40,569 nucleotides of DNA from an uncultured archaeon (GTDB taxonomy: Archaea > Asgardarchaeota > Thorarchaeia > Thorarchaeales > Thorarchaeaceae), in contig CAYWJO010000021.1 of NCBI GenBank assembly GCA_964458565.1, forward strand, positions 1 to 40,569, given 5' to 3'. Made by a program: the position numbers and the translations under genes. Under the pieces are notes generated by a model. That model was not told the DNA's origin and did not search any database. It was given only the letters and a program-made list of their open reading frames with translations. Of this stretch, positions 36,395 through 40,569 are shown in pieces (within the stretch, counting starts at the first letter, position 1; every line of letters begins with the position of its first letter).

Positions 36395-37756
36395 ATGGTG
36401 CTTACTGGATTTCAGAAAATATACTTCGGTATGGCTCGACTTGGTCCAAGCATGATGCTAGATATGTTGGACCTATCAACTGCATTGTTCTATTTCTCGA
36501 TACAAGAACTACCCGGTATTTTTACGGGTGTATCGATTGCAATTAGCTATCTGGTAATTGCCGCCTCTCAATTCTCCTTTGGTTATCTCAGTGATAGATT
36601 GAAATCTGGCAAATGGGGTAGAAGAAAACCTTTCGTGATGATTGGAGCACCACTAATGGCTCTATCTTTCATGTTCATCTGGATTCCTCATCTTTTCATT
36701 GGTGCATCTGACACCATAGGTCTCTTCATCTATGCTGCTACCACCCTCAGTATATTCAAGCTATTCTATGGACTTGTGACTACTCCCTTCCAATCTTGGA
36801 TGCCTGAACTCACTGAACCTGAAGAAAGACCATCCGTTTCCTCATGGCAGAATGTTGCGAATTTTCTAGCCTTTGTTTTAGGCACTGTGGGCGCAACGCT
36901 CCTTGCTGAGTTTGCCATAAGCTGGGGTCTCCCTCTGGTTCTCGTGATTTTCATTCTTGCCATTATGTACATTGAAATCATTGGTTTTATACCCTCGATG
37001 GTTGGTCTTCATAAAGAAGGAAAATTCATTCCCCAACCTGATATCAAGAAAGATCTAGGTTATGCATTGAAGAATCGTAATTTTCTTGGTTGGTTAGGTG
37101 CTCGTGGTCTTCTCTCTGTAGGAATTGCAATGGTAACTGCTACTGCATTTCCATTTGTTAATGATTATCTCCAATTTGGTTTGATTGACCTTCTGATGTT
37201 TGGACTAGAACTTCTAGGAGTGGTCTTTGGATTTTTCCTAGTTTGGCGTTGGATGATTACAAACGTTGGAAAACGAAAAACACTACAGGTTTCAATTCTT
37301 GTTGGTGTTCTTGCACTTCCTCTCACCCTCTTCGTCGCAGATAAGATAGTTGCATACTTTTTGATTGCCTTGATTGCTGCGTCTGTATCTGGATACTATC
37401 TGTTCCCCTATATCATTGAAGCTGACTTTGCTCATGTTGATGAGGTCAAGACTGGTGAAGGAAGGGCTGGTATATATACAGGGTTCCCATCAATTCCTCT
37501 GAACATATTCCAAGCATTTTCTGCTATTCTTTGGGGTATTATATTCAGTTTACCAAGTCTCGCTTTGGTTCCTGGTACAACTGACACCTATCTGAGTCTT
37601 GGATACGTGTATTGGGGTCCTGTGGCGGCTTTCTTTATGTTTCTCTCAATCATTGTCCTTTTCAAAGTAGATTTGGATCCTGATTTTCAGTCATTGAAAC
37701 AAGAATATTCTGCTGTTGAGTCTGAATCTATCTCACATGACGAATTACCTAGTTAG
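36395..37756 (+). CDS. MFS transporter, GPH/MelB-like family
   Basis: GYLSDR...WGRRKPF, PELT...ER, ADFAHVDE..TG..RAG.Y.G and about 12 TM segments. The ATG at 36395 is preferred over the GTG at 36314. Confidence 0.9.
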   Translation: MVLTGFQKIYFGMARLGPSMMLDMLDLSTALFYFSIQELPGIFTGVSIAISYLVIAASQFSFGYLSDRLKSGKWGRRKPFVMIGAPLMALSFMFIWIPHLFIGASDTIGLFIYAATTLSIFKLFYGLVTTPFQSWMPELTEPEERPSVSSWQNVANFLAFVLGTVGATLLAEFAISWGLPLVLVIFILAIMYIEIIGFIPSMVGLHKEGKFIPQPDIKKDLGYALKNRNFLGWLGARGLLSVGIAMVTATAFPFVNDYLQFGLIDLLMFGLELLGVVFGFFLVWRWMITNVGKRKTLQVSILVGVLALPLTLFVADKIVAYFLIALIAASVSGYYLFPYIIEADFAHVDEVKTGEGRAGIYTGFPSIPLNIFQAFSAILWGIIFSLPSLALVPGTTDTYLSLGYVYWGPVAAFFMFLSIIVLFKVDLDPDFQSLKQEYSAVESESISHDELPS

Positions 37757-38648
37757 GCAACAGGAATTGACCTTCTGCAGTCTTTCTGACTTCACCTGAT
37801 ACCAACACAAACTCCAATGATGAAGGAACCTCTACTTCAAGAAGACTTGGTCTATTCATCTCAAATCCTTGTTCTATAGTGAATCTCTCTTGGTCATCAC
37901 CAAGCACATCATAATTATACAAATACGCTCCAAGTGGACCTGCTGCGCTTCCTGTGGCAGGATCTTCTGGAACTCCAGCTTCTGGTGCGAACATACGAGC
38001 ATGGACACTCGAATCTGAATGAGTACATTGTGTTGTAAAGATGAGGATATCTCTACTTGGATGATTCTTGAGTATTTTATTGAGGCGAATTGGATTCGGA
38101 TATGCTCGTTGAACTGCTTCGATTGAATTTAATTTTATAATTAAGAATGAGAAACCTGTTGAAACATATTGCATTGGTGAAGCTGTTGAAATATCATTAC
38201 TCCCAATTCCTAACATCGTTGCGATTTCTTCCTGCGATTCGAACACCTGGAGAAATTCTGGTTTTGGTTGAGTCATTTGAACTTTGGAATCCGAAAGAAA
38301 TTCAACAGGAATCCTTCCTATCTGAAGTTCAAGAGCGGACTTATTACTGCTAGGATCGAGTATTGATTTTTCCTTTAGAACAAATGCAGTGCCTAACGTA
38401 GGATGCCCTGCAAATGGAATCTCCATTCCAGGTGTGAATATACGCACTTTCGCAGCAACATTATCCATAGTTGGATTGAGAGCGAATGTGGTTTCCGAGA
38501 AATTCATCTCACGTGTGATACCCTGCATTTCTTCACTCTTTAGCTCTGCACATTCAAGGAAGTTCCAAAATGTAGCTAGTTGATTCCCACTAAATGCATA
38601 CCTCTTATCCATGAATACACTTGTTTGAATGAATTGAAATTTCCGCAT
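37749..38648 (-). CDS. PhzF family isomerase
   Basis: GNQLA, NFSETTF, RIFTP..EIPFAGHPT and EDPATGSA. The likely start is the ATG at 38648. Confidence 0.9.
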   Translation of the reverse strand: MRKFQFIQTSVFMDKRYAFSGNQLATFWNFLECAELKSEEMQGITREMNFSETTFALNPTMDNVAAKVRIFTPGMEIPFAGHPTLGTAFVLKEKSILDPSSNKSALELQIGRIPVEFLSDSKVQMTQPKPEFLQVFESQEEIATMLGIGSNDISTASPMQYVSTGFSFLIIKLNSIEAVQRAYPNPIRLNKILKNHPSRDILIFTTQCTHSDSSVHARMFAPEAGVPEDPATGSAAGPLGAYLYNYDVLGDDQERFTIEQGFEMNRPSLLEVEVPSSLEFVLVSGEVRKTAEGQFLLPN

Positions 38649-38698
38649 GATATTAGTAAGTGATTCGTAGTATTTCAGTGAAGTTATTTTGGCTTGTA

Positions 38699-39187
38699 TC
38701 AGCATTTAACCTTGTCAAGTTCACCTTGGCATATCTTCTTGTCTTCTGGATCGGATATGCTATCAATCAATTTCTGTGCTTTCTCCTTAAAGGACGCACA
38801 TTCAGACATATTACCCGCAACACTGTGAGCCTTAGCGAGTGCCTCTAAAACAAAGGGCATATCCCAATCCTTGAAGTTTTCATCTGACTTCTCAGCTGTT
38901 TTCGCTAAATCAAGTCCTCTGTTTGCATGATATAATGAGGGTTCTGCTCGCCTCATTGCGCTATAGACACGAGAAATCATGTATTCAGCACGAACAAGAT
39001 TGACAGTCGTTCCAACTTTACTCCAATGGTAACGTGATGTATGTGCCATATGCAAAGCTGTTTCAAGTTCCTCCTGAGTTGGATTTTCATTGTCTAGGAC
39101 TGGCCATATTCCATTGTTTGTTTCTCTAGCAATTTTCTTATGAAATTCCATCTCAGTCATTTTTTTGTCTTCAGTCACATTAATCAC
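38699..39187 (-). CDS. Hypothetical all-helical protein
   Basis: Long ORF with an AH.SRYHW...RAEY.ISRVY pattern; the start codon is uncertain. Confidence 0.75.
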   Translation of the reverse strand: MINVTEDKKMTEMEFHKKIARETNNGIWPVLDNENPTQEELETALHMAHTSRYHWSKVGTTVNLVRAEYMISRVYSAMRRAEPSLYHANRGLDLAKTAEKSDENFKDWDMPFVLEALAKAHSVAGNMSECASFKEKAQKLIDSISDPEDKKICQGELDKVKC

Positions 39188-39231
39188 CGCTGAATAGAGG
39201 AAGGTGACGCTCTAATTTAACTATTGTTATC

Positions 39232-39248
39232 AGTCACAAATTGTGACT
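39232..39248. promoter_or_regulatory. Perfect 8-1-8 palindrome in a divergent promoter region
   Basis: AGTCACAA-A-TTGTGACT, 5 nt upstream of TTATAA (39254-39259). Confidence 0.55.
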
Positions 39249-39294
39249 CACCATTATAAGGGATTTTTCTAACATTTAGATAGTTCCCGATAAC

Positions 39295-40188
39295 GTGGTG
39301 AATATTTTGCGATCGGACGAAGATACAAATGATGGAATTGAAGACGAGGAAATGAGCGCCGTGGATGCTGCTGAATGGGATGACGATTTCACGTCATCGA
39401 GATTTCAAGGTGGCAAATACAAAGCCAAAGGCTATTCTACGCTGATAGTCTTTCTCCTTTGGGTTGCTTTTGTGATAGTGTGGTTATTCTTCTTTGCTGA
39501 ACCTTTTGGTCCTTTTGAGAATCTTGGTATAGTCATTGCTTCATTCTTCCTTCTCGGAGGATTTGTTGGAGCTGCGTGGATACCTAAAGGTGCAGGACCT
39601 GGTGGTAGATGGCGTATTTGGATATCTATCTTTACAGCCACTGGATGGATTGCATTCATAGTATTATGGCTACCTTTCTTCATGGAGAGCTACACAGTTG
39701 CTCAGAATACATCTGTGTTCTTAGCTTCTTTGTTGATATTGATCGGCTCTAATGTTGGAGCTTGGTTAACCGTAGTTCCAAGCTCTGCATGGAATGTGGG
39801 GAAGCGGCCCGGTGCAACAATGGCTGTATTCGTCATCTGGTGGATTTTCCTAATCTATTGGTACTGGTTCCAAGCTGACCTTTATACACTGAATATGAAT
39901 GTTGTAGTCCTTGACCTGGCAACAATGATCTTCTTTGCAATAATTATAGGATTATGGATTAGCTTTGCTGGAACAATCAATGCGGGACCTGGGTATCTTG
40001 GAATTGGATTGCTATACACATGGATGATTTTCATTCTTGTGTGGTTCTGGTTCCTTGCTGACATGTTTATGCTAACAGGTTATCAGAATCTCGCTGTCCT
40101 TCTTCTGTCATTTGTTGTACTAGCAATTATTGGCGCTGGAGTCGGATGGAGACGGTCTGGAATAGCGGCATTTGATTTCACAGACTAG
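39295..40188 (+). CDS. Membrane protein with four tandem two-TM repeats and an acidic N-terminus
   Basis: The pattern W..F...W..F.(A/M)(E/D).(F/Y)...(E/Q/M)N.......(S/A) occurs four times. Confidence 0.82.
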   Translation: MVNILRSDEDTNDGIEDEEMSAVDAAEWDDDFTSSRFQGGKYKAKGYSTLIVFLLWVAFVIVWLFFFAEPFGPFENLGIVIASFFLLGGFVGAAWIPKGAGPGGRWRIWISIFTATGWIAFIVLWLPFFMESYTVAQNTSVFLASLLILIGSNVGAWLTVVPSSAWNVGKRPGATMAVFVIWWIFLIYWYWFQADLYTLNMNVVVLDLATMIFFAIIIGLWISFAGTINAGPGYLGIGLLYTWMIFILVWFWFLADMFMLTGYQNLAVLLLSFVVLAIIGAGVGWRRSGIAAFDFTD

Positions 40189-40198
40189 TGAATACATT

Positions 40199-40236
40199 GT
40201 CTGAGCTAGATGCTCAGACTCCCCCTTTTTCTTTTT
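40199..40236 (+). terminator. Hairpin plus U-tract terminator
   Basis: GTCTGAGC-TAGAT-GCTCAGAC followed by TCCCCCTTTTTCTTTTT. Confidence 0.72.
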
Positions 40237-40391
40237 GTCATTTGGATAATCTCTTTAATGTGTGAGTAATTTCTAGGCGTTTAGTGGACCATGTCAGAGT
40301 CATTTTCGATGGGCAATCGTATTAAAGAAACAGAGAACTCCATTCTCATCATCTTTACAGTAGCGTTCTTTCTTTCCAGTTGGCTTGTTGC

Positions 40392-40569
40392 CACATTCTC
40401 GAAACGCTCGACAAAAGAGTTTTACCAGGTCTTGTCGATAATCTTGGTCCCGTTGAGGTGTTCACACCAAAAGACTATCATGAAGAGTTCTTATCTCCGA
40501 AGGGTGCCTCATTCTCTTTGCAGCCCCTTCTTTTGCAATCTGGTTTCTTCAGGCTTCATAATAGGTCTC
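40392..40569 (+). pseudogene. crtI: Phytoene desaturase (CrtI family) C-terminal fragment, running off the window
   Basis: HILETLDKRVLPGLVDNL...VFTPKDYHEEFLSPKGASFSLQPLLLQSGFFRLHNRS resembles the CrtI TP.D...G.AFS..P.L.QS..FRPHN region. An upstream in-frame TAA lies at 40323-40325, with no ATG between it and the fragment. Confidence 0.65.

Noticed and set aside
40291-40569. Open frame from ATG 40291 (MSESFSMGNR...)
   Set aside because: No recognisable features; the overlapping frame carries the CrtI-like signal.

Overview
Archaeal chromosomal window, most likely from an Asgard archaeon (Thorarchaeota-like). This is an inference from a Rab-like GTPase, archaeal-type PAS histidine kinases, a crenarchaeal-type SSB, an mvhD-fdhAB operon and GGTGA/GGAGG ribosome-binding sites. 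In order, the window holds: (1) a rearranged surface-protein region with a duplicated ABC-permease 3' end and fused gene remnants; (2) four sensor histidine kinases with no response regulator, one with a degenerate ATPase domain, interleaved with EamA and HtrA genes; (3) SRPBCC, polyprenol kinase-like and HD genes; (4) a double-length UvrA-like ABC ATPase coupled to a QW-repeat alpha/alpha-barrel protein; (5) a wHTH-V4R module with a shared palindromic operator, beside a Rab-like GTPase; (6) copA, an SSB with an RGG/YGG tail and a candidate structured RNA; (7) mvhD-fdhA-fdhB, a YcaQ-like glycosylase, MFS, PhzF and a 4-repeat membrane protein; (8) an unannotated crtI-like fragment at the right edge. 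I saw no rRNA, tRNA, CRISPR array, transposase or integrase. The best candidates for undescribed systems are the asymmetric double UvrA plus QW-barrel operon and the wHTH/V4R regulon with its orphan target ORF. All family calls are from motifs recognised by eye, not database searches.
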